The notes under the pieces were generated by a model, which had not been told where the DNA came from, ran no database searches, and worked only from the letters and a program-made list of their open reading frames with translations. The translations under genes were made by a program, and so were the position numbers. Below, piece by piece: positions 16,858 through 26,619 of a stretch of 53,496 nucleotides of DNA. Positions within the stretch are counted from its first letter, which is position 1. Each line of letters opens with the position of its first letter. Source of the DNA: Planctomycetota bacterium (GTDB lineage: Bacteria; Planctomycetota; UBA1135; UBA2386); NCBI GenBank assembly GCA_041168165.1, contig JBEELK010000166.1, forward strand, positions 1 through 53,496. The letters run 5' to 3'.

Positions 16858-16888
16858 AGGACCTGCGCGCGGCGCAATCGGTCCTTTT
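16858..16888 (+). terminator. plus-strand terminator-like hairpin in the rpoN/CBS spacer (AGGACC-TGCGC-GCG-GCGCA-ATC-GGTCCT-TTT)
   Basis: A two-tier stem (16858-16863/16880-16885 and 16864-16868/16872-16876) is followed by TTTT on the plus strand only. No annotated plus-strand gene lies upstream. Confidence 0.3.
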
Positions 16889-16950
16889 GTGCAGCGCGCT
16901 CCATCGTCCCGATGGCGTGGGGAGATGGGCGCGCGCAGCGGCGCGTCCGG

Positions 16951-18312
<1,362 letters not shown>

Positions 18313-18405
18313 GAGCGGGCGATTCAAGCAGGGCCGCCCCGCGAAAGGAAATGCGCGCTGGCTCTTGCTGGGGGCGAGGCTGCGGCGGATCGTCTTCGCC
18401 CCGCC

Positions 18406-20034
18406 ATGGCAACTGACAGCTCCGACACCCCGATCGAGAACGGCAGCGATAGCGCGCCGACCGAGCGGCCCGCTCCCGAATCCACCAGCGCGCCGGAGTC
18501 CGGTGCCGCGTCCACTGACCAAGGTTCTAGCAACCAAGGAGACGCCGGTGCCAATGCCGCAGATGGCGAGGGCCAGGAGCGCAAGAAGCGCCGTCGTCGC
18601 CGTCGCAAGCGTCGCGGCGCGGATGGCGCAGCGGCAGAAGGCGCCCCAGCAGCAGCCGACGGCGAAGGCGGCGAAGGCTCCGCGCCGGCGAGCGAGTCCA
18701 AGGCCGGCGCGCCCGCGTCGGGCGCGGAGCGCAAGGACAAGGGCGAGCGCGGACGCGACGGTGGCGGCCGCGGTCGTCGCGAGGAGCGACGCGAACGTCA
18801 GCAAAAGCGCGACAAGGAGCGGCCGCATGGCCACGACCGCGATCGCAATCGCGACCGCGACCGCGATCGCCGCGGCAACCACGAGCACAGCGCGCTGTTC
18901 GCCGTGAAGGCGCTGAGCCAGATGGCGCAGTCGCTGCTTCGCATCGAAGGCGTCGATCCGTTCAGCATCCCGCGCTACGTCGAACTCAACGTGCGCGTGC
19001 CGCTCGACGAGCGCGCCGACGCGCGCGCTGCGGCGGGCGCCGTCACCGAGCAGATCCTCCAGCGCTTGCGCGAAGTGCGCGAGCACGAGCGCGCGCTGCA
19101 GCCTGGCGCGGTGTTCTGCTACTTCACCGAGAGCGCGCAGGTCGAGCACTGCAGGCCGCAGGAAGCCCGCCATGTTTTCGAGGGCTACAACTCGACGGGC
19201 CGCCCGGTGTTCAGCGACTTCGTCACGATGTCGATCGAACGCAAGGATCCAGGCATCGACCTGCTGCTCGGTGGCGAGGATCTCGTGCTGACGCACGTGA
19301 CGATGGGGCGCGTGTTGCGCACGCAGCAGCTCGCCGAGTTCGGCGGCGATTCGGCAGTCTACAAGGTGCTCGGCCAAGTCGACGCAGGCTTGTTCCGCGT
19401 GCTCGGCGCCGAGCAGAAGTGCGCATTCAGCTTCCAGCTACTGCGCGGCAAGACGATCGAAGGCAAGCCGCGCCTACGACTCCACGCGGTCGGCAAGGTC
19501 GACCTGATGGACCTCGCGGATCCTGCCATTCTCAACATCCTCAGCAAGTTCCAGCGTCAGCTCGACGCCGAATCGCTGCGGCTGCAGGGCAAGGAGAAAA
19601 ATGGCGACGTCGATGACGAAGCGTTCGTGTTGCCGCTCTTGAAAGACCTTGCGCAGAAGCTCGCGTCGCGCGCACGCAACGTGTCGCGTCGCACCGATCA
19701 CGCGGTGACGCGCAGCGAGGAGGGCCAACGGCCGACGCCGCGCGCGTATCCGGATGCGGGCGAAGCGCATGACGAAGCGATCCTTTGGGACACCGAGAAG
19801 AACACGGTCGTCGTCGCCGGTCCGAAGGGCCGCGTGCACGTGTTCACGGCGCAGGGCAAGCACGTGACGTCGGTGATGATGCAGGGCTCGGCCGTCGAAC
19901 GTCGGCGTCAGCAGGGCCGTTGGCGGCTTGCAGAACCCGAGGAGCGCGGCGAGTTCCGTCTAGCGCTGCGCAGGCTCATCGCTGCGGGCGAAGACAAGCC
20001 CAGCGACGACGCGCCGATCTCGATCGAGCCGTGA
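18406..20034 (+). CDS. hypothetical protein (542 aa) with a ~160-aa charged low-complexity N-terminus and a globular C-terminal region of unknown family
   Basis: ATG 18406, divergent from the CBS gene by 93 bp. The N-terminus has an acidic block, a KKRRRRRRKRRG block and RDRNRDRDRDRDRR. The remainder (aa ~160-542) has ordinary composition and no motif I recognise. The upstream 498 codons of ORF 16912..20034 are antisense to the CBS gene. Confidence 0.65.
   Translation: MATDSSDTPIENGSDSAPTERPAPESTSAPESGAASTDQGSSNQGDAGANAADGEGQERKKRRRRRRKRRGADGAAAEGAPAAADGEGGEGSAPASESKAGAPASGAERKDKGERGRDGGGRGRREERRERQQKRDKERPHGHDRDRNRDRDRDRRGNHEHSALFAVKALSQMAQSLLRIEGVDPFSIPRYVELNVRVPLDERADARAAAGAVTEQILQRLREVREHERALQPGAVFCYFTESAQVEHCRPQEARHVFEGYNSTGRPVFSDFVTMSIERKDPGIDLLLGGEDLVLTHVTMGRVLRTQQLAEFGGDSAVYKVLGQVDAGLFRVLGAEQKCAFSFQLLRGKTIEGKPRLRLHAVGKVDLMDLADPAILNILSKFQRQLDAESLRLQGKEKNGDVDDEAFVLPLLKDLAQKLASRARNVSRRTDHAVTRSEEGQRPTPRAYPDAGEAHDEAILWDTEKNTVVVAGPKGRVHVFTAQGKHVTSVMMQGSAVERRRQQGRWRLAEPEERGEFRLALRRLIAAGEDKPSDDAPISIEP
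18835..18873. repeat. in-frame hexanucleotide microsatellite (GAYCGC/AATCGC x6 + CGC) encoding DRDRNRDRDRDRR
   Basis: gaccgc gatcgc aatcgc gaccgc gaccgc gatcgc cgc, read directly from the sequence. Confidence 0.85.
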
Positions 20035-20043
20035 TGGAGCGTG

Positions 20044-20073
20044 CGACGCGCGGCGCTTGTGCGCTGCGCGTCG
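20044..20073. terminator. strong hairpin between convergent stop codons (13-bp stem, TTGT loop)
   Basis: CGACGCGCGGCGC-TTGT-GCGCTGCGCGTCG (one G-U pair) sits exactly between TGA 20032-20034 (plus-strand gene) and the mgtE stop 20075-20077. There is no clear U-tract. Confidence 0.5.
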
Positions 20074-20074
20074 T

Positions 20075-21448
20075 TCACAGCATCAGCGTGACGACGATCA
20101 GGTAGAGCGTTGCGCCAGTCAGGTCGGTCAACGCCGTGACTGCTGGCGTGCTGATCAGCGCAGGGTCGATGCGCAGGATCTTGACGAGGTAGGGGATCGC
20201 AGCGCCGAGCAGTGCCGCGAGCACAACGTCTGCCGACATTGCGAATGCGATCACCGCGGCCAACCGTTCGGTTGCTTGGATCGGCGCAGGGTCGCCCGTG
20301 AACGCGTGCAGCGTCCACGCGTTTGCGAATGCGATGCCCGCGAGCGCGATCGACAGCAGCAAGCTCACGCGCAGTTCTTTCCAGAGCAGCGGCCACAGCG
20401 AGCCGCGGAACCCGCCGGTCGAAACCGCGCGCACGATCAACGTGCTCGCTTGGCTGCCGACCATTCCGCCGATCGCCATCACCATCGGCATCAGCACGAG
20501 CAGCAAGGTCTGGCCTTGGAGCTCCTGTTCGAAGCCGCGGATCACGGCTGCCGTGACAAGCCAGAACATCGCGAGGATGCAGATCACGGGCGCGCGGCGT
20601 CGCACTTGGCGCCAAACCGGCTCGTCGAGGTAGCTTTCGCCCTCGCTCTCGCCGGTCACGCCTGCCATCTTCGCGAAGTCCTCTTCGGCTTCCTCTTCGA
20701 CGATGTCGACTGCGTCATCGTGCGTGACGATGCCGATCAGGCGGTTGTCTGCATCGACGACAGGCAGCGCGATCAGGTCGTAGTCGCGAATCAAGCGCGC
20801 TGCTTCCTCTTGGTCGGCCTCGGGCGAAGTGGACACGATCTCGGTGCGCATCAACTGCATCACCGTTTCGTCGTCGCGCGCGAGGATCAAATCGCGCAGC
20901 GACAAGAACCCGACGAGCTTGCCGAGTCGGTCGACGACGTAGCTGTAATAGATCGTCTCCTTGCTCGGCGCTTGCCGACGCAACTCGGCAATGGCGGCGC
21001 GCGCGGTCAACTGTGGACTCAGCACCGCGTAGTCCGTGCTCAAGAACGAGCCGACTTGGTCCTCCAAGAACGTGCTGCGATGCAGCAAGTCCTCGCGCGC
21101 GGCGTTGGTCAAGAGCGGCCAGATCTTCTGCCGCACGCGCTCTTCGAGACGGTCGAGGAACTCCGCGCGGTCGTCGCTGAACATCGACAAGAGCACGTTC
21201 TTGACCGTCTCGCGGCCGCCGCCTTCGACGAACTCCTCCTGCACGTCGGGGTCGAGGTAGCCGAACACGTCGCGTTCGAGTTCGACTGGCAGCATGCCCA
21301 TGAGCAGTGCCACTTCGGCGGCTTCCAGCGCATTCAGCGTCGAGGCCGCGTCGGAGGGGTGCATCTCGCTCAGCACCTCGACGACGTCCTGCGGCCTGCC
21401 CTCCTCGAGCAGTTCGCGGACTTCGGGGACGAGGAGCGGATTGCGCAT
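20075..21448 (-). CDS. mgtE: magnesium transporter MgtE
   Basis: An N-domain (EVRELLEEGRPQDVVEVLSEMHPSDAA), a CBS pair and C-terminal TM helices with the typical MgtE ending (GAAIPYLVKILRIDPALISTPAVTALTDLTGATLYL). Confidence 0.93.
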   Translation of the reverse strand: MRNPLLVPEVRELLEEGRPQDVVEVLSEMHPSDAASTLNALEAAEVALLMGMLPVELERDVFGYLDPDVQEEFVEGGGRETVKNVLLSMFSDDRAEFLDRLEERVRQKIWPLLTNAAREDLLHRSTFLEDQVGSFLSTDYAVLSPQLTARAAIAELRRQAPSKETIYYSYVVDRLGKLVGFLSLRDLILARDDETVMQLMRTEIVSTSPEADQEEAARLIRDYDLIALPVVDADNRLIGIVTHDDAVDIVEEEAEEDFAKMAGVTGESEGESYLDEPVWRQVRRRAPVICILAMFWLVTAAVIRGFEQELQGQTLLLVLMPMVMAIGGMVGSQASTLIVRAVSTGGFRGSLWPLLWKELRVSLLLSIALAGIAFANAWTLHAFTGDPAPIQATERLAAVIAFAMSADVVLAALLGAAIPYLVKILRIDPALISTPAVTALTDLTGATLYLIVVTLML

Positions 21449-21646
21449 GGGAGAAGTGGGCGGCGGATGCTAGCCATCGACCGCGGAGGCATCAGTAACT
21501 GAGCTAGCACAAACGCGATCGTTGTCGCACTGCTCTCGAGCGGAGCGCGCGGAGTCGGCGAGGAGCGCATTGAGAATGCGCAGCCGGAGTCCGCCGATGT
21601 CACGGGCGGTCGGATGGCGTCGCGGCGATCGCCGACAAACGCATGC

Positions 21647-21675
21647 TTGACCGCTGGGGTAGGCTTCGCTACCTT
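21647..21675 (+). promoter_or_regulatory. candidate sigma-70-type promoter for tRNA-Pro (TTGACC-N17-TACCTT)
   Basis: Hexamers at 21647-21652 and 21670-21675, about 51 nt upstream of the tRNA 5' end. Pattern match only. Confidence 0.3.
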
Positions 21676-21726
21676 GCCGCGCCCCTGGGTCGGCAACGGC
21701 TCAGTGCGATTCAGTTTGCCCTAGGT

Positions 21727-21803
<77 letters not shown>

Positions 21804-21842
21804 GTTTTCCTGCCGCGAGGAACGCGGCGGTGAGACGAGGTG

Positions 21843-21915
21843 CCAGATCCAGTGGATCTGAACTCAGTGGATCTGAACTCAGTGGATCTAAGCTCAGCGG
21901 ATCTGAGCTCAGCGC
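21843..21915. repeat. 15-bp tandem repeat, about 4.5 copies (CAGTGGATCTGAACT consensus), intergenic between tRNA-Pro and a convergent gene
   Basis: The units are 21850-21864 and 21865-21879 (identical), 21880-21894 (cagtggatctaagct) and 21895-21909 (cagcggatctgagct), with partial copies at both ends. It includes the inverted repeat AGATCCA-G-TGGATCT (21845-21859) and the palindrome CTGAGCTCAG (21903-21912). Confidence 0.9.
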
Positions 21916-23078
21916 CGACGAGCGCGAGCGTTGCCCTGGTCCGCGTCCGCCATGGGCTCTGGCAGGTCCGCTGCAAACACGATGCGCGCGGACGGGATCG
22001 AGCTCTGAAGCGCCACGACTGCGGCGGCCGAGACCGGGGTCTCGCACACGTAGAGCTGCTCCAGGTTCTTGCACGCGGAGAGCGCCGCGATGCCGCGATC
22101 GCCAACCGAGGTGCCATAGAGGTTGAGCGAGCGGAGCTGCGTCGCTGCGCCAAGCGCGACGACGCCGTCGTCGGTCACCTTGGTGCCGCGGAGGTCGAGG
22201 TGCACGAGGCGCGGCATCGTGGCGATGGTCGCAATCGCAGCATCGGTGACGTGCGTGCGGGCCAGGACCAGTTCTGCGATGTGGCCGCTCGCGCTGGACA
22301 GTGCCGCGATCGCGGCGTCATCGATCGACGATTCGCGGCCAAACGCGGTCACGCGCAGCAGCGCGCTATCCGCCGCCGCGGGCTCGACCGAGAAGTGCGC
22401 GCGCAGGGTCGCGAACTGCTCCTCGCTCAGCATCGGCAGTCCCGATTCGAGCATCGCGAGACCGCCCTTGCCGGCGTCCTTGCCCTTGCTGTCGCCCTTC
22501 GGCTTGTCCTCGGACTTCTTCTGGTCTTCGCCAGCCTTCTTGTCCTGCTTGGCCTCGTCCTTCGCGTCGGCCTTCGCCTCGGCGCCCTTCCACGTGCCGA
22601 AGTCAGCGCCCTGCTCGATCCACTTCTTGATCAAGTCGAGCTGATCTTGCGGCAGCGGGTCGCCCTTCTTGGCGGGCGGCATGCGGTCCTCGTCGTCGGC
22701 CGGCAGAGTGATCGAGTGGTAGAGCATGCTGTCGTCCGGCTTCGTGCTCACGACGAGCTTGCCCTTCTTGCCCTTCTCGATGCCGTCGCGCGTGTCGAGC
22801 GTCACGCCGCCCTTGGGCCGCTTCTTCTTGCCGTCGGCGTCCGTGTAAGGCGCCTTGTGGCACTCGACGCAGTTCTTCTCGAGGATCGGCAGCACCTGCG
22901 CGACGAAGTCGACCTTGTCCGCGGCAGCTTCCTTCTCCTTGCCGTCCTTGGGTTCCTGCGCCGGCTTGGCTTCGGCCTTGGGCTTGCCTTCTGGCTGGCC
23001 TTGCGGCTTCTGGTCGTCTTGAGCGGGGAGCGCAGCGAGCAGCGCTGCGAACGGAAGCAGGTGGCGGAGGATCATCAT
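21909..23078 (-). CDS. secreted PSCyt1 (planctomycete cytochrome c) domain protein fused to leucine-rich repeats
   Basis: A signal peptide (MMILRHLLPFAALLAALPAQ), a Lys/Pro/Glu-rich linker and CVECHK...MPP (CxxCH heme motif in a PSCyt1-like context). The C-terminus carries LRR units (LDLRGTKVTDDGVVALGAATQLRSLNLYGTSVGDRGIAAL). The start at 23078 is the first Met of the signal peptide. Confidence 0.8.
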   Translation of the reverse strand: MMILRHLLPFAALLAALPAQDDQKPQGQPEGKPKAEAKPAQEPKDGKEKEAAADKVDFVAQVLPILEKNCVECHKAPYTDADGKKKRPKGGVTLDTRDGIEKGKKGKLVVSTKPDDSMLYHSITLPADDEDRMPPAKKGDPLPQDQLDLIKKWIEQGADFGTWKGAEAKADAKDEAKQDKKAGEDQKKSEDKPKGDSKGKDAGKGGLAMLESGLPMLSEEQFATLRAHFSVEPAAADSALLRVTAFGRESSIDDAAIAALSSASGHIAELVLARTHVTDAAIATIATMPRLVHLDLRGTKVTDDGVVALGAATQLRSLNLYGTSVGDRGIAALSACKNLEQLYVCETPVSAAAVVALQSSIPSARIVFAADLPEPMADADQGNARARRR

Positions 23079-23112
23079 GGAGAATGGGATCGAGTGGCGA
23101 GACTCGCTGCGA

Positions 23113-24414
23113 TCATGCGAACAATTCGAGGATCGGCGAGCCCTTGTCCGCAACTTTGAAGGGTCGGCCGGACGGAGATGTCACGACTTCGTCGACGGAC
23201 AGCCCAGCTGCGTGCGCGATCGTCGCGTTGAGGTCCTGGATGGAGACCGCGTTCTCGATGACTTCGCGGCCCTCTTGGTCCGTCTTGCCGTAGCGCATGC
23301 CGCCGCGGATGCCGCCGCCTGCGAGCAGGCAACTGAACGCCTTGGGGTAGTGGTTGCGGCCTTGGTCCTGGTCGATGTCGGGCGTGCGCCCGAACTCCGT
23401 GGCCAGCACGACGAGCGTCTCTTGCAGCAAGCCGCGCGCATCGAGGTCGGCCAGCAATGCCGACAGGCCTTGGTCGATCGAAGGCGCGAGGTCGGAGAGG
23501 CGATCGAAGTTGTCGGCGTGCGTGTCCCAGCCATCGCTGACGACTTCGATGCAGCGGACGCCGTGCTCGACGAGACGGCGCGCCAACAAGCAGCCGGAGC
23601 CAAAAGAAGTCTCGCCGTAGATCGAGCGCATCGCGTCGCTCTCGCGATCGATGTCGAACGCGGCGAGGTCTTCGCTGCGCATCAACCGCACGGCTGCCGC
23701 ATATGACTCGTCGTAGGCCGCGACGTCGCGCACGTCATGCCGCGATCGATACTCGGCGTTCATCTTGCCGAGCAGGTCGAGCCTGCGCGCAAAGCGTCCT
23801 TCGTCGATGCCGCGCGCGCGCGTCGCGTTCTGCAGGCCCGAGGTCGGATCGCCGATTGGCAACGCTTGGAAGTGGGGCGGAAAGAACCCCGCCGTCGGCA
23901 TCTCGCCGCCGCCGCCCAGGATCACGTGGCCCGGCAGCGCTTCGTTCTGGCGGCCCACGCCGCGCTGAATCCACGCGCCGAGGCTCGGATGCTGGATCGT
24001 GCCGCGCTTCTCGTAGCTCGTGCGCATCAGATACTGCGCCTGAGGGTGCGCGCCCTGCTTGCTCGACATCGAGCTGACGATGCACGCCTTGTCCATCTGC
24101 TGCGCGAGCTTGGGGAAGTACTGGCCCAACAGCACGCCGTCGGCGCGCGTGCGCAGCGCTTCGACGGGGCCCTGCGTTCCAGCGCCCGGCTTTGGGTCGA
24201 GCGTGTCGAGGTGGGACATGCCACCGCGCAAGAACAGGTAGATCACCTGTCGAGCCGCGGGTCGCGCGAACGGCAGCGACGCTGCGCGGGCGCTGCCCAG
24301 CGCGAGCGATCCCGACGTGAGGCCAAAGGCTGCACGTGCGAGTTGCGACACGAACGCGCGCCGCGTGGTGTCGTCTGCCGCGCTCGCGAGATCGGTGAAT
24401 CGGCGTGTGTTCAT
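23113..24414 (-). CDS. DUF1501 domain protein (sulfatase-fold, TAT signal)
   Basis: TRRAFVSQLARAAFGL is a twin-arginine leader, and IYLFLRGGMSHLDTLDPKPG is the DUF1501 hallmark. The ATG overlaps the upstream gene's stop (ATGA, 24411-24414). Confidence 0.9.
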   Translation of the reverse strand: MNTRRFTDLASAADDTTRRAFVSQLARAAFGLTSGSLALGSARAASLPFARPAARQVIYLFLRGGMSHLDTLDPKPGAGTQGPVEALRTRADGVLLGQYFPKLAQQMDKACIVSSMSSKQGAHPQAQYLMRTSYEKRGTIQHPSLGAWIQRGVGRQNEALPGHVILGGGGEMPTAGFFPPHFQALPIGDPTSGLQNATRARGIDEGRFARRLDLLGKMNAEYRSRHDVRDVAAYDESYAAAVRLMRSEDLAAFDIDRESDAMRSIYGETSFGSGCLLARRLVEHGVRCIEVVSDGWDTHADNFDRLSDLAPSIDQGLSALLADLDARGLLQETLVVLATEFGRTPDIDQDQGRNHYPKAFSCLLAGGGIRGGMRYGKTDQEGREVIENAVSIQDLNATIAHAAGLSVDEVVTSPSGRPFKVADKGSPILELFA

Positions 24415-26501
24415 GGGCAGAAGCGGAACTCGTGCGAGTTGATGAGGACCCAGAGCAAGTCCGCAGCTGCGTCCTTGCCGCGTTGTTCGAACTCGCGCAA
24501 CCAGAGTTCGAGTTCATCGGCATTCGGCGAACGCGTGAGAACGCCGAGGTATGCGATGCGAATGCGCGATGCTGTGTCGGGAGCGGCGGCGATGCGGCGG
24601 GCGAGCGAGCCCGCGGCGTTGCCGAGCGGGCCGTTCAACAGCGAGAGCGCTTGCGGAACGCTCGCTGCGCGCGACGCGCCATCCATCGTCTCGCGGTCGC
24701 TCTGCCCGAACTGCCGAAGCAAATGGCTGCTCGATGCCGGTTGCTCAAGATCGCTGGCGCGCGCGTAGCCGCCGTCTCGCAATGCTGCCGCAGCTTCCTC
24801 GGGCGAAGGCAACGCGAGTTCTTGTCGCTGCTTCATGAGTTCCGCGACTTGCGCCTTGTCGCCGCTGCGGCGCGCCTGCAGCAATTGCTGCGTCAGTTCG
24901 CGCACCCGTTCTTGGCGTTGTGCGTCTTGTTCGCGGCGGCGCGCGATCATCTGTTGGCGCACTTGCGCCTGGGCCTCGAGGTCGGGGCGACGTTGCAGCG
25001 CATCTGCGATCTTCTCCGCATCGCCGCTGTAGAGGCCTTCTTGTCGCGCGTAGGAGCCGCGCGCTCGGGCGCCCGTCGGCGAGAGGCGCTCGTCGATTCG
25101 CTCGTCCTGCAGCGTGAGCAGCGAATCCCAGACTTGCTCGGCGGACAAACGCTGCTGGAACGGGCCTTGGAAGAAGAACGGCGCGTCACTGTCGGTCGCG
25201 ATGGACTCGCGCGCAAACAAGCGCGTCGAAAGCAACGCGCGTTGGAGTTGCCGCAAGTCGAAGTCGCACTCGACCAACAGTCGCTGCATCAGTTGCTCGA
25301 CTTCGGGCAACACGGACTTGCTGTCGTCCTTAAGGTCGTCGAGCGGTTCGGTCAGCGCGCGGCCGAAGACTCGTTGCCACATCCGGTTGCTGATCGTGCG
25401 CGTGAACCGTTCGTTGTCCTTGCTCGCGAGCCATTCGGCGAACACGCGGCGAGAGTCGACGTCCTTTGCGCGCTGCGTCGCATCGTCGCGGCGGGTTGGC
25501 CGGCGCGGAGTCGATGCTTGCGTCTTGGGCTGGTCGACCTTGGCCTTGGGGCCAAAGATCGACGCAGCCGGGATCGGAGACCGTGGAGCCAGATCGTCGT
25601 AGGCGTAGTCCTGCGGCAGTCGCTCGACGCCAGTGCCCGCGCCGCGCAACCCGATCGACGCGGACTGGATCGCGCGCCGCGTGGCCGCCTTCTGGCGATC
25701 GTCCGCACCTTGCGCGATCTCGCGCAGCGCGCGCTGCGTGTCGGCGGGCAAATCGACTCGATACTGAAGGCCGCCGTAGAAGGCCGCCATCGCGAAGAAC
25801 TCGCGCTGCTTCCACGACTCCGTGGGATGGTTGTGGCACTGCGCGCACTCCAGCCTCGTGCCGGTGAAGATGCGCAGCGTGTTGGCCATCGCGTCGTGCG
25901 GCATGTTCATGTCGCGCAGCAGGTAGCCCGTGGCACCATTGCCCTCCGCGTGCGCGGCGCCCGTCGCGGTGACCATCGCGGTCACGAACTCGTCGTAGGG
26001 CATGCTGGTTCGCACGGCTTCGCGGATCCAGTGCGCAAATGGTTCGCCGCTGAGTTGGCGCAAGCGCGACTTCACGCGCAGCAGGTCAAACCAGAAGTTC
26101 GCGGTGTGGCTCGTGTAGCCCGGCGAATCGAGCAGCGCGTCGACGAGGCGCGCGCGCTTGTCGTTGCTCGGGTCGGCCGCGAATGCCTCCGCTTCGGCGA
26201 CGCTCGGAATGCGGCCCGTGATCGTCAGGTAGCACCGCCGCAGGAACTCCGCGTCGCTGGCGAGTGGAGTCGGCGCGTGGCCGAGTTGCGCGAGAGCCTT
26301 CTCGAGGGTCTGGTCGATCCGTTTGGCGGCGTTTTCGATCCGGGCGCGGTCGACTTCCGTAACCGACTTGCTGGGGCGCTGCTCTGTGCCTGCGATCGCT
26401 GCCGTCGGTTGCGGGGTCTGGGCCGCCGCCACCGCCGAGAACGCGATCGCGAGTGCGACTGCAACGACGGTGAATCGAGCGGGCTTGGACGGTTCGTGCA
26501 T
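24411..26501 (-). CDS. DUF1549/DUF1553 domain protein (PSD1 family) lacking an N-terminal PSCyt domain
   Basis: After a signal peptide comes the DUF1549 motif (FLRRCYLTITGRIPSVAEAEAF...LLDSPGY...FWFDLLRV), then the DUF1553 motif with ECAQCHNHP. 696 aa. Confidence 0.9.
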   Translation of the reverse strand: MHEPSKPARFTVVAVALAIAFSAVAAAQTPQPTAAIAGTEQRPSKSVTEVDRARIENAAKRIDQTLEKALAQLGHAPTPLASDAEFLRRCYLTITGRIPSVAEAEAFAADPSNDKRARLVDALLDSPGYTSHTANFWFDLLRVKSRLRQLSGEPFAHWIREAVRTSMPYDEFVTAMVTATGAAHAEGNGATGYLLRDMNMPHDAMANTLRIFTGTRLECAQCHNHPTESWKQREFFAMAAFYGGLQYRVDLPADTQRALREIAQGADDRQKAATRRAIQSASIGLRGAGTGVERLPQDYAYDDLAPRSPIPAASIFGPKAKVDQPKTQASTPRRPTRRDDATQRAKDVDSRRVFAEWLASKDNERFTRTISNRMWQRVFGRALTEPLDDLKDDSKSVLPEVEQLMQRLLVECDFDLRQLQRALLSTRLFARESIATDSDAPFFFQGPFQQRLSAEQVWDSLLTLQDERIDERLSPTGARARGSYARQEGLYSGDAEKIADALQRRPDLEAQAQVRQQMIARRREQDAQRQERVRELTQQLLQARRSGDKAQVAELMKQRQELALPSPEEAAAALRDGGYARASDLEQPASSSHLLRQFGQSDRETMDGASRAASVPQALSLLNGPLGNAAGSLARRIAAAPDTASRIRIAYLGVLTRSPNADELELWLREFEQRGKDAAADLLWVLINSHEFRFCP

Positions 26502-26619
26502 GGAAGTCTTGGCCTCGTTGCCTGACGGGATCGTAGGGCGATGGTAACGAGCGGCTCACGTTGGCCTACACCAGGCGGATCGACAAAGTTTGGGTCCTGG
26601 GCTGAGGCTGCGTTGCCAT

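Noticed and set aside
21449-21726. The long (278-nt) leader upstream of mgtE as a possible Mg2+ riboswitch (M-box).
   Set aside because: I could see local hairpins (for example GCGCATT-GAG-AATGCGC at 21565-21581). I could not recognise M-box conserved elements by eye, and part of the region is better explained as the tRNA-Pro promoter. A cmscan against Rfam would settle it.
21843-21915. A possible CRISPR array.
   Set aside because: The units are directly abutting 15-mers with no spacers, and no cas genes are present.
24405-26525. A 706-aa plus-strand ORF.
   Set aside because: It is antisense to the DUF1549/DUF1553 gene, whose family motifs are clear on the minus strand, and it has no recognisable domain. 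For the same reason I rejected 26566..28767(-) opposite glnN, 45313..47163(-) opposite sdhA, 20057..21502(+) opposite mgtE, 36648..38228(-) opposite the Gfo/Idh/MocA gene and 39506..40516(-) opposite the heme-binding protein gene.
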